A stretch of DNA of 64,000 nucleotides from Octopus sinensis (GCF_006345805.1 NC_043001.1:21948001-22012000), one strand, 5' to 3'. Positions 40,435 to 53,757 are shown, counted from the stretch's first letter. Notes: generated by a model from the letters alone, not told the origin. Program-made: numbers and translations.

Positions 40435-40610
40435 ATATATATATGTGAGTGTGTGCGTGTTTACGTCCCCGTAACTTAGCGGTTTGGCAAAAGAGACCAA
40501 TAGAATAAGTACTAGGCTTCCAAAGAATAAGTCCTGGGGTCGATTTGCTCAACAAAGGGCGGTGCTCCAGCATGGCCGCAGTCAAATGTCTGAAACAAGT
40601 AAAAGAGAGT
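39747..40610 (+). mobile_element. SINE family 1 with an RTE 3' UTR fragment (40079-40335, -) inserted in its internal (TA)n
   Basis: SINE head 39747-39905, SINE tail 40451-40610, insert flanked by TA tracts. Confidence 0.85.
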
Positions 40611-41593
40611 ATAGCTGTAAACTAGTGTCACTGATATACAAGCTGTACCTTCTGTTTTGAATCTTCTGTGAAAACATGTCCAGCTATGAGGAAATATTTA
40701 CCTTGCTTGCTTGATGAGGGTTGATGACAGGAAGCACAGGCAGCCATAGAGAAGCTGTCTCAACAAATTCCATCTAACCCATGCAAGTATGGAAAAGTGG
40801 ATGTTAAAATGATCATGATGATGTTTCTCAATCAATTGCTTTTTCTTTTCTTTTACCTTTTTTTTTTATCTGTTTTCTAACTGTAAATTCTTTAAGGTTT
40901 ATTTAAAGATTTCTTTAAGGTTTATTTAAAGATTTCTTTTTTCTATTTTGTATTCCTATTTATAATAAGTTTGCAACAGGGAAGCATACTGTGTAATGAG
41001 TGTACTCAGTAGCATCTCACACTTGCAATCTCATCATCATTTTAATGTCCATGCTTGCATGAGTAGAGGTTTGATGGGGTTTACTGAGGCAGGTTTTCTA
41101 TGGCTGGATGTCCTGTGGCCAACTTCCACTTGTTTCCAAGTAAGGTAATATCTCCCCGTGGCCAAACTGCTTGTATCACAGTGATATTCATTATCGGCTT
41201 TCATGCAATGTCAAGATTAGGGGACACAAACACATGCACTCATTCTCATGCTCTTGCACACACACAAACACACGCATGTGTGTGGTTGGTGTTAGGAAGG
41301 GCATCTGGCTGTAAAAATCCTGCCAAAACAGTTACAGAAGTCTGGTGCAGGCTTCTGTCTGGCTGGCATCTTGTCAAACCGTCCCACCCATGCCAGCATG
41401 GAAGGCAGACATTAGACGATGATGATGATATATAATAGACTTCTTTTAGTTTTCATCTACCACATTTATTCCCTAGGCTTTGGTTGGTCCAGGGCTGCAG
41501 TAGATATTTACCCAAGGTGCCATGCTGTGGGACTGAACCTTGAAACCATGAGGTTGAAAAGCAATCTTAACCATAGAACCACACCTGCATCTT

Positions 41594-41629
<36 letters not shown>

Positions 41630-42371
41630 CTAGCTATCTATTTATCTATGGTGAGTTGAAAACTTTAATCAACTGAAGTTATCCAAGCAATTAGTAAATG
41701 AATCTCTCCGTTTAGATATATTTAAAATCTAAAAAGCAAAAAGCAAAAACCTAGCACAGAAGGTTGCTCCCATAAGATCAATTGAGCAAAAAATCGTGGA
41801 CAATATAGACAGTGCATATTTGAGTAGATCTGGTTTTTTAAGTCAACTGGTGCAAGCAGCGGACATAATTTGGCCTTGATAGAGCTCCTCAGAGAAGCAT
41901 ATTTAGCATGTGCTGCTCAGTTGGTAAAACTAAGAGGAATCAATACACACACACAGACACACACACACACAAGGGAGAGAGGGAATATAGTGGAATCGAT
42001 TATTAATATCAATAATATGGTTGGGAGATGATACATTTTGTCGATAGTTTAAACAAATCTGCATTATCGGTTTTTTTTTTTTTTCATCCTTTTAACTTAT
42101 GCCAACCATTCTTCACTAAATTAAACACAATTTTGGATTTATTTATCCTCATTCATCATCATCATTATCGTCCGCCTTCCATGCTAGCATGAGTGCCTCT
42201 CAATATTTTCTATGGTCTACATCTTTCCTGGCTGGGAGAAGGAAATTCTAGTGAAAGACATGAACTATTTAAGCATTTGCTTGTCCAGTAGCACTTTTCA
42301 ACATTTTGTTCATATAATGGGGTGGTACAACACTCCTTTAGAAGAACTTCATGATTTGTTATTCAAATATA

Positions 42372-42536
42372 GGCATAGGAGTGGCTGTGTGGTAAGTAGC
42401 TTGTTTACGAACCACATGATTCCGGGTTCAGTCCCACTGCGTGGCACCTTGGGCATGTGTCTTCTACTATAGCTTTGAGCCAACCAAAGCCTTGTGAGTG
42501 GATTTGGTAGATGGAAACTGAAAGAAGCCCGTTGTA

Positions 42537-42588
<52 letters not shown>

Positions 42589-42637
42589 AGCATATACTAA
42601 TATATATATACTAATCCATTCTTGTTGCTTCTTTCTC

Positions 42638-42678
<41 letters not shown>

Positions 42679-42872
42679 TGTGTTTGTCCCCCCAACATCG
42701 CTTGACAACCGATGCTGGTGTGTTTACGTCCCCCGTAACTTAGCGGTTCGGCATTAGAGACTGATAGAATAAGTACTAGGCTTACAAAGAATAAGTCCTG
42801 GGGTCGATCTGCTCGACTAAAAGCGGTGCTCCAGTATGGCCACAGTCAGATGACTGAAACAAATAAAAGAGT
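42372..42872 (+). mobile_element. SINE family 1
   Basis: Family sequence. Confidence 0.85.
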
Positions 42873-43149
42873 AAATATATTCATTCTGCTGCTTCAACAC
42901 ATTTCTCCATTCACTGATGAACAGATTGATTGCATTAGCTTCAATCTTTTACTTGTTTCAGTCAGGCTGGCCATGCTGGGACACGGTCATGAAGGGTTTT
43001 TAGATGAATGGATTGACCCCGGTATTTTTTTTTTTTTGGCAAGCTTGGTATTTTTATATTGGTCAATTTTGCTGAACAGTTAAGTTATGGGGATGTAAAT
43101 GCACCAACACCAGTTGTCAAGCATACAAACATACATACACACACCATAC

Positions 43150-43710
43150 GTGATTTTTTTCCTCCATCTTCCCTTCTCTGGATCTTTCCTCTTCCTATGT
43201 TTCTGACGAAGAGCTCCGCTCGAAATGTAGAACCCTCCTTCTTCCCTTCCTTCCTAAGCGTCCAATAATACTATATTTGTGCCACGTCCTCGCGTTGTTG
43301 TGTTTTTTTGTGCTTTCATGTTTGGATTAACTTTATATGTGTATGTATATATATATATTTCTTTATTGCCCACAAGGGGCTAAACATAGAGGGGACAAAC
43401 AAAGACAGACAAAGGGATTAAGTCGATTACATCGACCCCCAGTGCGTAACTGGTAATTTATTTATCAACCCCGAAAGGATGAAAGGCAAAGTCGACCTTG
43501 GCGGAATTTGAACTCAGAACATAACGGCAGAAGAAATATATATATAGTTAATTCAAACATGAAAACACAAAGAGAAAGCACAACAACGCGAGGACGTGGA
43601 ACAAGTATTGTGTTATTGGATGCTTGGGAAAGAAGGAGAATTTAACATTTTGAGCGGAGCTCTTTGTCAGAAACATAGGAAAAGGAAAGACGTAGGAAAA
43701 AAAAATCACC
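43150..43710. mobile_element. Foldback element (arms 43150-43337 and 43541-43710) with a hammerhead motif in each arm; SINE family 2 (43357-43536, -) inserted in the central (TA)n
   Basis: Arms are diverged reverse complements. Confidence 0.85.
43199..43233 (+). ncRNA. Minimal type I hammerhead ribozyme motif (Penelope-like)
   Basis: gttt-CTGACGA-a-gagc-tcc-gctc-GAAA-t-GTA-gaac: intact core boxes, perfect 4-bp helix II, 4-bp helix I, self-complementary helix III (ATGT, likely from ACGT). Confidence 0.65.
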
Positions 43711-43737
43711 AACGATACACACACGGTCATATAGTGA

Positions 43738-43769
<32 letters not shown>

Positions 43770-43773
<4 letters not shown>

Positions 43774-44022
43774 TGTGATCACGTGACCGACCAGGCTATC
43801 AGGTGTTGCTACACATCACTGGTCACAATGTGCTTCGCATTGTTTTAGCCATCAAGTGACGCCACCCCACTAGCTAAGTGAGCAGGCCAACAGAAGAAAG
43901 AGCGAGAGAAAGTTGTAGCGAAAGAGTACAGCAGGGATTGCCACCATCCCCGCTCTGGGAATTGAAACCGCAATCCTACCTCCGCGAGTCCGCTACCCTA
44001 ACCACTGGGCCATTACGCCTCC
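43770..44022 (-). mobile_element. tRNA-derived SINE family 4
   Basis: Minus-strand head ggaggcgtaatggcccagtggttagggtagcggactcgcgg...ggtttcaattccc is tRNA-like. Confidence 0.75.
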
Positions 44023-44626
44023 ACCTATATATGTATGTATGTATGTATGTATGTGTGTGTGTGTGTGTACACACACAATGGGTTTCTTTCAGATTCTGCC
44101 TACCAAATTCACTCACAAAGTTTTGGTCTGCCCAAGGCACTTGCTCAAGGTACCACACAATGCAACTGAACTTGGAGCCATGTGGTCGGGAACCAAGCTT
44201 CTTATCACACAGCCATGCCAGTGCCTGTATAATAGATGACACTTTCAGACTTCCTCTTAGTGCTATCTTGACACACTTGGAAATGAGCACATTTCACAAT
44301 AGCAAACAGATTGCACTTCTCTTACTATTTCTTTTTCTCACTCCCTGAGCAAAATATGAGAAAAGAGAAGACTAGCTGACCTAACATCTGAAAAATATAA
44401 GCTTTAAAAAGAAAAGAAAAAAATTGGGAGTGTCTGAGTACCTTGCTGGTCTAATGCAGTATTAAAATAGGAAATGTCTTATAAACTAATGAAACTTTCT
44501 TTGTTGACCAGAGAAATTTGAAATATTCCTAAACAGCAATATTTTTTTTCTTTCCTTAATTTTACAGTAGTACAAGATATCAATTTGTTTGCAAGAGTAA
44601 TCAAAATAATACTGAATTTACTGGCT

Positions 44627-45004
44627 AGTGGCTGTGTGGTAAGTAGCTTGCTTACCAAGTACATGGTTCTGGGTTCAGTCCCACTGTGTGGCATCTTGGG
44701 CAAGTGTCTTCTACTATAGCCTCGGGCTGACCAACGCCTTGTGAGTGGATTTGGTAGACAGAAACTGAAAAAAGCCTGTCGTATGTATGTGTATATATAT
44801 ATATATATATTTATATGTTTGTGTGTCTGTGTTTGTCCCCCCAATATCACTTGACACCCGATGCTGGTGTGTTTACGTCTCTGTAACTTAGTGGTTTGGC
44901 AAAAGAGACCGATAGAATAAGTACTGAGCTTACAAAGAATAATCCTGGGGTCGATTTGCTTGACTAAAGGCGGTGCTCCAGCATGGCCACAGTCAAGTAA
45001 AGAG
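44627..45004 (+). mobile_element. SINE family 1
   Basis: Family sequence. Confidence 0.85.
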
Positions 45005-45007
45005 TAA

Positions 45008-45228
45008 CCCTTTAGCATTTAAACCAGCCATATCTGGCCCAAACATACTACTTGTTTTATGGTCAAGCTGGGAAAACCTGGTCTTTCATATCCACCCTAC
45101 AATGACATTCTATAAATAAACAATCACCTCATCAAAACCTTGAAGCTATGAGATAATGCATGATTAATTCAAAAACAATGTGAATAAATAAGCATTACAT
45201 TTGACAGAGTAATCTGAATGCTGAAGAG
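45008..45228. mobile_element. piggyBac-type MITE family A, full length
   Basis: CCCTTTAGCATT...AATGCTGAAGAG-TTAA. Confidence 0.8.
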
Positions 45229-46038
45229 TTAAGTGAAAAAGTGACACAGGATGGCTTTGATGTTGCTTTAAATTCTACATAAGTGAGAATGGTCTACTTT
45301 GATAGGAAATTCTTTTCAGCTTTTACTTGTTTCAGTCATTGAACTACAGCCATGCTGGAGTACTGCCTTGAGTTGAGTTGAACAATCATCTCTAGTACAT
45401 GTTTTTTAAAGTCTGGTGCTTATTCTATCGGTCTCTAAGTTACTGGGAAGTAGGCAAACCAACACCAGAGGGGGAGGACAAATACTAGGCCAAACACACA
45501 CATACACATACATGCAAATGGATTTTACACAGTTTCCATCTACTAAATTCACTCATGAAGCTTTGGTCAAGCTTGGACTATAATAGAAGACATTTGCCCA
45601 AATGCTGTGCAGTGGGACTGACCTGAATCTGGAACATTTTGTTGCAAAGCAAGATTCTTAACCACTCACCTATGCAAATTCCTTATTTCCAATCTAATTT
45701 GGTATGAAAATCTTTAGTTACTATTTCAGAATAAATTCATGGCTTTTCTAGAATGGACATTTTATCTTACAGGGCCGATGCCAGCGCCACTTTGGCTGGG
45801 TTCCGCGCCGATGGCACGTAAAAAGCATCAACCAATCGTGGCTGTTGCCAGCTTCCTCTGGCACCTGTGCTGGTGGCACGTAAAAAGCACCCACCACACT
45901 CACGGAATGGTTGGTGTTAGGAAGGGCATCCAGCTGTAGAAACACTGCCAGATCAGATTGGAGCCTGGTGCAGCCATCTGGCTTCGCAGACCTCGGTGGA
46001 ACCGTCCAACCCATGCTAGCATGGAAAACGGACGTTAA

Positions 46039-46258
46039 CCCTTTTGTTACTGTATTTATTTTGAGATGCTCTGTGTTTCTTTCAATTATTTTGAATATAA
46101 CAAAGAATTTAGCAAAATAACTTAGTTATCATTAAACAAGTGTTAGGAACGTAAATTGTGACTAAAGCTTTGTGGAATATTTAAATTCAAAACTTATGAA
46201 AACAAGACATTTTACCACAGAGCCAGAGCCGGTTTTGGCCGGGTTAGTAACAAAAGGG
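46039..46258. mobile_element. piggyBac-type MITE family B inserted in an RTE tail
   Basis: Perfect 13-bp TIR cccttttgttact; exact TTAA duplication at 46035-46038 and 46259-46262 inside the known sequence ggacgTTAAacgatgat. Confidence 0.93.
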
Positions 46259-46554
46259 TTAAACGATGATGATGATGATGATGAGAATGTGGTGCTGTTA
46301 TTTTATAGTTCTTTCTTGTGACTGTAAAACTGATCATAACATTGCCTGGTCTTACTTTCTGTTTCCAATGAATTATTCATCCGACTTTGTGAATTTCAGA
46401 GGCCAACGCAATTGGTTTTAAACATTGTATAAGTTCTATTTTCTTGATTAATTGAATTTGATTAGGGGCAGAAATAAGGTTTTATTGATTATAAGGTCTG
46501 ATATCACAATGGTGGGTTAACTGTACTTTAATGATACATTGCAGGTTTAACATT

Positions 46555-46935
46555 TTATATATTTAACATATATGTCCATCCATCTTCTCTGTCCACTATT
46601 CTTGGGAAGGTTGTCGGGGGTAGAATCCTCAGGGTCCTATCAGAAGCAGCTGCTATTGATACACTTTCTGGTTGAATTGTCGAGCTTGACCAACTGAGGC
46701 GATAGGTGTCATCCAACTGTCTCATTTTTGGTCTAGTCCTTGGTCTCTTGCTGGTTGGCTCAGCTAGAAGAATCTGTCTCATGCTTCTTTCCTATGACAT
46801 TCAAGTTAGAATTCCAGAGTCCTGAAGCTGTGACCTCTCAATGTGAAATAGCTACTCAACCTGTAGAGACTCTCTGATTTTCAAGCTTTGCACTTTGTCA
46901 ACTAACATTATTCCAGAGATTCTTTCGAGGAACCC
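46555..46935 (-). pseudogene. RTE (Expander-like) LINE C-terminal remnant
   Basis: Minus strand reads MGFLERISG...IRESLQVE*LFHIERSQL...RPRTRPKMR. Confidence 0.7.
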
Positions 46936-47662
46936 CATTTCTTATTTCTTTATTGCTCACAAGGAGTTAAACACAGAGAGGACAAACAAGGTCAGACAAA
47001 GGGATTAAGTCAATTACATCGATCCCAGTGCGTAACTGGTACTTAATTTATTGACCTTGAAAGGATGAAAGGCAAAGTCAACCTTCGTGGAATTTCAACT
47101 CAGAATGTAGCAGCAGACGAAATACTGCTAAGCATTTCGCCCGGTGTGCTAACGTTTCTGCCAGCTCACCGCCTTAAAAGTAGCTCTTCTGTTTAGCTAC
47201 AAGGCCTAATTATAGTGCATAAGCAGGGATAAACAAAGTCGACCTCAGCAGAATTTGAACTCAGAACGTAAAGACAGACAAAATACGCTAAGCACTTCAC
47301 CTGCCATTGTGCAAACGTTTCGCCCCATTTCTGCCACATTGTATTCACTGTGTAGAGTGGTTGGTGTTAGGAAGGGCATCCAGTCATAAAAACTATGCCA
47401 AAACAGACACAGAAGCATGGTGCCCGCTTCTGCCTGGCCAGCTCCTGTCAAACCGTCCAACCCATGCCAGCATGGAATGAAGACATCAAACGATGATGAT
47501 GATGTATTCACAATTATACTAGGGATTAAAACTTGTTCACAGGTCTACTTGCAGTATGTTAATGTCTGTTATGTGACACTTGTCACAGATATTAAGGTTT
47601 TTGAGTGTTTAACCCTTTAGTACCGAGATTACTTTATCAAATGTTATGTTTTGAATTAATCA

Positions 47663-47880
47663 AGTTAGTTAGTTAGTTAGTTAATTTGGCTCAAAAGCAA
47701 ATAGCAAGGCCATGTAGGGGGACATGGAGTTAAGTACAGGGTGGTGTTCATGTAAAGAGTTCAGGCCACTTGAGGTCTAGGGAGGCTTTGAACAAAGCCG
47801 TCGTCGGCATCTTCACCATCTCGTCTGGCAGCCTGTTCCACGGATCCGCAACCCGGACGGAGAAAGCTCCTCTCCTTCGA
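47663..47880 (-). mobile_element. CR1-clade LINE 3' end with (AACT)n tail, inserted in a family A MITE (47613-48001)
   Basis: Minus strand RRRGAFSVRVADPWNRLPDEMVKMPTTALFKASLDLKWPELFT* resembles the CR1 ORF2 C-terminus; CpG-rich. Confidence 0.8.
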
Positions 47881-48332
47881 TTATTATCTTGTAGCTTTAA
47901 GATTCCGAATGATGTGATTCTTTACTTTTAGTATGACATTGTAGAGATCTAGCTGACTTGAATTTGAAGCAGATAGAATATTCAGTTTAAATGCTAAAGG
48001 GTTATGGATATTTATTATATTTTTTTTGTATTTTGTTTCAAAAAGATGATTTAACAAATGCAAAAAGAGATTTGTTTTTGAGGAGGTAAAAATTCTTCAG
48101 TTATATTCCTTGTCATGGTGAGATGAACAGAGACATTCATAATCAAACAGAACATTGACATTTAGTATCAATCCTCTATTCTATTGAAATACGTTGGATT
48201 GTCTTTACAGATTAAATAAAGAATGTATGCTATTTGAAATAATACTTTTACTGTTTGTGAAGATATTTCTCCAAACCAACAATAGTCTGTGATTTGAAAT
48301 GTTACTGAAATAATATATATTTCTCTCTGTAG

Positions 48333-48409
48333 ATGAAGTTGGTGCGCTGGTATTTGACATTGGTTCTTATTCATTTCGTGCTGGATATGCTGGAGAAGAC
48401 AGTCCAAAA
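48333..48409 (+). CDS. ACTL6: ACTL6/BAF53 (Arp4 family) coding exon, equivalent to vertebrate exon 2: (D)[25 protein letters not shown]
   Basis: Translation closely matches the recalled ACTL6A N-terminus [26 protein letters not shown]. Acceptor ttctctctgtag, donor gtaagt, 77 nt, phase 1 start. Confidence 0.96.
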
Positions 48410-49463
48410 GTAAGTGAATCCAGTTTTATTAAAGAAAAGAAATAAACTTCCAAACCTCTTATTAATATTTTTTGTTTTTATTTGTATTTGGAGCATTCCT
48501 ATATTTTTTGTTAGTTTTTCTTTCTTTCTTTCCTAACTCCTTCAACCTGGATCAACCTCAAATACTGCATTTAATCTATTTTCTAACAATATTCTCCTCC
48601 ATGCTTCATCTACATTACAATTCTATCATATTTTACTACCAACAATTTTTTTGGCTACAGATTTCCTATATTCTCTTGTCTTCGGCTTGGATATCTTCTT
48701 CTTTTGTTGCAGCAGTATTTGATCTCTTGCCAAAGAAATGTTGCTTTAATTCTCTGTTTACCATACTGACAATTATTATTCACAAACTATTCTGATCCAT
48801 ATCACCATCATTATTTTTCCATTCTTGCAACGCTTGTCTGCATGCAGAATACAGCATATTTTCTCATCTTTCAATTCTGCACACAGTATTTCATGAAGTT
48901 GAAACTAGTGCTTTTACGGTGGAATTCTGTTTCTACTCACTATGATATGATATGAAATCTATTTAAAAACGATGAGATTATGAGAAGCCCTTGTCATATT
49001 ACATGTGATTTACTTATTCAGCTCTGATTAATATTCACACACATTGTCTTTTTAATGTGACAATAAAAATTGATTAAATCTGGTAAACGGATACAATTTA
49101 TAAAAGGAAGAAATTGTTTAAAAGCTGTTCATCTTCCTTTGATCAAATGTTGAGGAATAACTGTCTTTTAGCAATTATCTAGATCAATTTTTTTATCACT
49201 TGTTTTACTAACATTTTTTCAATTACAGCCCCCCCTCCTACAATTCATCAAAATGAAATACATGTACATGTACATTTTCATCTATGCACTCACACATAAC
49301 ATCTAATACTATTGTACTTGTAGTATTAGATATTATATATGTGTGTATATATGAACATGTACCTATATATATATATATATGAACGCAGCCTCCTGGCTTC
49401 CCAGACCCCAGTTGAACCGTCCAACCCATGCTAGTATGGAAAGTGGACGTTAAACGATGATGA

Positions 49464-49500
<37 letters not shown>

Positions 49501-49580
49501 CGCAGCTGCCTGGCTTCCCAGACCCCAGTTGAACCGTCCAACCCATGCTAGCATGGAAAGTGGACGTTAAACGATGATGA

Positions 49581-49628
<48 letters not shown>

Positions 49629-49794
49629 GTAAATATAATATGTGACAATATGTGACAATTATTCATGGCTACCGAATAATTGTCACATATTACATTTACA
49701 GATAAATTCCTCTATTTACATAATATCGAGGTCTCTTTCTTTCTTTTGTTGTCTTACTGTTTTTATCAATATATATATATATGTATATATGTAT

Positions 49795-52700
49795 CATCAT
49801 CATTTAGCATTTGCTTTTCATGCTGGCATGAGTTTGATGGTTTTACTGGAACTGGTAAGCTGGAGAGCTGCACCATGTTCCAGTCTGATTTTGGCATGGT
49901 TTCTACAGCTGGATGCCCTTCCTAATGCCAACAACTCCAAGGGTGTAATGGGTGCTTTTTATGTGCCACCAGCACAGGTGCTTTTCTGTTCCAGTGGCAT
50001 GGGTGCCAGTTACTTGACAGTGGCATCGGCCATGTCTATGATTTCACTTGGTTTGGTGAGTTTTCTCAAGTACAGCATATTGCCAAAGGTCTCGGTCACT
50101 TGTCATCGTCTCCGTGAGGCCCAATGTTTGAATATCATGCTTCACCACCTCATCCCATATCTTCCTGGGTCTACCTCTTTCACAAATTCCCTCCACAGTT
50201 AGAGATCAGCCCTGTACACAGCTGTCCTTGTCCATATGCATCATATGACCATACCAGCACAGTCTCTCTTGCACAATATATATATGATGCCTCTTCTGCC
50301 TAACTTTTCTCTCAAGGTGCTTACATTCTGTCGCACATACACACTGACATTGCACCTCCAGTGAAGCATACTAGCTTCATTTCCTTCAAGCCTATGCATG
50401 TCTTCAGAAGTCATAGCCCATGTTTCACTGCCATGTAGCATGGCTGTTTGCACACAAGCATCATACAATCTGCTTTTCATTCTGATGGAGAGACCTTTAG
50501 ATACCAACAAAGATAAAAGGTCTCTGAACTTTGCCCAGCCTATTCTTATTCTAGCAGCTATGCTATCAGAACACCCAACTCCACTGCTGACTTGATAACA
50601 GAAGCTAACAACTACTTCTAGGTAACCCCACCTGTCATTTTGATGGAGTCCATTTTCTGTACATTTCTAGTGTTTATTGTACCTGTACATCTACCTCACA
50701 CAAAGATTATTTTCCCTGTTAACCTTCCTCTGATATTGCTGCACCTCTTATGTGCCCATAGCTTGCACCAGGTACATCTTATGGGGTTTCTGGCTATGCT
50801 TTTTCTACATATTGAGCAGGGCTATTTACTTGAAGGGATTTGTGATTTGTCCACTTTACTACTTACTAAGATTTTGGTTTTTGCTAAATTAACTCTAAGG
50901 CCCTTTGGTTCGAGACCTTGCTTCCACATCTAAAATTTCTTCTTGTTCTGGTGGTGATGCTATTAGTGCAAGGTCATCAGCATAGAAGAGTTTCAGGAGG
51001 CAGCTCGACTTAAATTCCTCTGTTATTGCCTGGAGGGCTGTGATGAACAAGGTGGGGGGCTGAGGACTGATCTTTGAACCCCTACTTATATCCTGAATTC
51101 AATGTTATACTCATTGCTAACCCTCACCTTACTGACAGCATACCTGTACACGGTTTGTACAGCTCTCACCAACAACTCCTCTATCCCTAGTTTTCACATT
51201 GACCACCAGACAAGAGAGCTGGGGGACCCTGTTGAAGACTTTCTCCATGTCAACAAAAGCCAAGTACAAGAGTTTATTTTTGGCTAGATATTTCTCCTAC
51301 AGCTGCCTTAACAGAAATATAGCATTGGTGGTGCTGCTTCTCTCTGGCACAAATCCAAATTGCATCTCATCTAGACTAACTCTCTTTCTGTAACTTTCAT
51401 CACCTCATCATTATCCAGTGTTTTAAATCCAGGTTTTGTCCCCATTAATGGGAGTGGCTGGATCTACCTCAATGACATAGTAACTGCCTTCACACCATTT
51501 CGCTATCTTGCCCAGTTTTGGGCATCCTCCTTTTTTCAAGCCAACCCTCCCAATCTCCTCCTCTACCTGTCCCCTCCACCTTGCTTTCACGCTCCATTTA
51601 CCTCAAATGCAATCACCCTCCTCAGATCATGATCTTCATCCCTCCTAAACGCATGCCCATACCACCTCACTCCATTCGCCCATGCCAACCATTCTACCAA
51701 TTCCTCCAACCCCAGCATCCCATCAAATCCTCAGTCCTCCTCTTATCAAATAGCTTCACCCCACACATTTCTCTTAACATTGCTCTCTTAGTTCTTCTCA
51801 AAATTGCCATCTCGCTCTCCCCCAGACACAATACAGCATTGTAGCTCTCACACAACTCCTATAGACCCTTTCTTTCATCTTTAATGAGAACTTTTTCCCA
51901 TATAACAACACTCCACATTTCCTGAACTTCACCCAGCCAATTCTTGCTCTTGCTGTCACAGCTGCTTCACATCCACCACTTACATCCACCATGTCTCCCA
52001 AATAACTAAACCCTCTCACCGTTTCCATCTTGTTAGATAGCATTTCCACTGGTTCCACCAGCCTACATTCTCCTTTCTCACATCTTCCACAAACAAACTC
52101 TCTCACCAGTCTTGGGGTCACCTTCATTTTCGTACATCTACCATGAATCCATTTCTCACATCTCGTACACAACACCACATTTGCTATTACCCTCATCCCA
52201 CATACACCACATGGATCAATCTTACTCACTAACACTTCTCCTTCCACCCTGCTCACCATCACCTTTGTCTTCCGGAGGTTTACCTTCAAACCCTTGCTTT
52301 CAAATGCCTCCTTCTGTTTCCAAAACTTCTCCCTCAATCCCTCCATTGTCTCACTCATCAGAATGAGGTTATCTGCATACAGTATCTCCATTATCAATCC
52401 CTCTCTTGCACTGTACATGCCTGTACATGACTTGTACAGCTCTCACCAATGACTCATCTACCCTAGTTTCCACATTGACCACCAGACAAGAGAGCTGGGG
52501 GATCCTGTTGAAGACTTTCTCCATGTCAACAAAAACCAAGTACAGGAGTTTATTTTGGGCTAGGTATTTCTCCTGCCTTAACAGAAATATGGCACAAATC
52601 CAACAGTTTGATACCTCTGTAATTATTTCTGTCTAAGGTGTCACCTTTACCTTTGTAGCAGTTGACTATGGTGCTGCTACACCAGTCATTGGGTATGAGT

Positions 52701-53757
52701 CCTTTGTGTACAACCTCATTAACTATATGGGTGACTAGATCATAACCCATTCCACCAGATATTTTAAGCATCTCAGCAGTGATTCCTGATGGGCTGGGGA
52801 CTTTCCCAGTCTTCATATCCTTCATGGCTTTATCTATTTCTTTACTACCCACAAGGAGCTAAACACAGAGGGGACAAACAAGGACAGACAAATGGATTAA
52901 GTCAATTACATTGACCCCAGTGCGTAACTGGTACTTAATTTATCGACCCCGAAAGGATGAAAGGCAAAGTTGACCTTGGCGGAATTTGAACTCAGAACGT
53001 AATGGCAGATGAAGTATGGCTACGCATTTCGCCCGGCATGCTAACATTTCTGCCAGCTCACCGCCTTCATGGCTTTATCTACCATGCTACTGTCTATTCG
53101 GATTGCTAGTCCCTCTGTTGGATCCACAGTAGGCAGACTCTCCTTCTCCCATGTGTTCTCTATATTTAGTAGCTTTCATAGTGGAACTTCCAGTTATCAT
53201 CTATGTTACAAGTCTGTAACTCCTCTTCCTTCTCACTAAATGCTTCAGCTAGGATGTCTCTAAATCTCTGACTATTCAAAGGATCCTTAAGCTTTCATAT
53301 CTTTCATGCTGGGGTCACCTTTATTTTCGTACATTTACTATGAATCCATTTCTCACATCTCTTTTTCAAGCTGGTTTACTTTTTGGGTTCCTTTCTACCT
53401 GTAGCTTGAAGTCACTAATGAGTAACCTATGCTGAGGGGTACTCTCTTCACTAGGGAAGGACTTTGCATTTATGAGCAACCATGAATCCTGCTTTCTGGT
53501 GAGAATGTAGTCAATTTGGTTACCATGGTCACCAGATTTATAGGTTATCAGGTGACCAACTGGCTTTCTGAAGTTGGTGTTGCAGATCATTAGGTTATTT
53601 GCATCACAGAACTCCAACAGTCTTGTTCTCTCTTCATTTCGGGAACCATGGCTCCCATGCGCCCCATGGAAGGCACCTGGGTGCTGCCCAACATGTCCAT
53701 TGAAATCACCAGCCATGAAGATAAGGCCATTGCCATTTATCTTTGAAGTGGCTTGAA
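49795..53757 (-). mobile_element. Nest of at least three RTE LINE remnants (endonuclease, RT, C-terminus and 3' UTR), all antisense to ACTL6
   Basis: EN motifs GDFNGHVG, NTNFRK, QIDYIL; RT motifs WCSSTIVNCYKGKG, NYRGIKLL, LYADN, FSYLGD; C-terminus RGRPRKIWDEVVK...DRDLWQYAV. The same RT segment occurs twice (about 51140 and 52420). Confidence 0.92.
52837..53065 (-). mobile_element. SINE family 2 inserted in RTE ORF with a 16-bp TSD
   Basis: ttcatggctttatcta at 52821-52836 and 53066-53081. Confidence 0.92.

Noticed and set aside
48472-48795. 107-aa hydrophobic ORF in ACTL6 intron
   Set aside because: A T-rich compositional artefact; the opposite strand resembles decayed LINE sequence.
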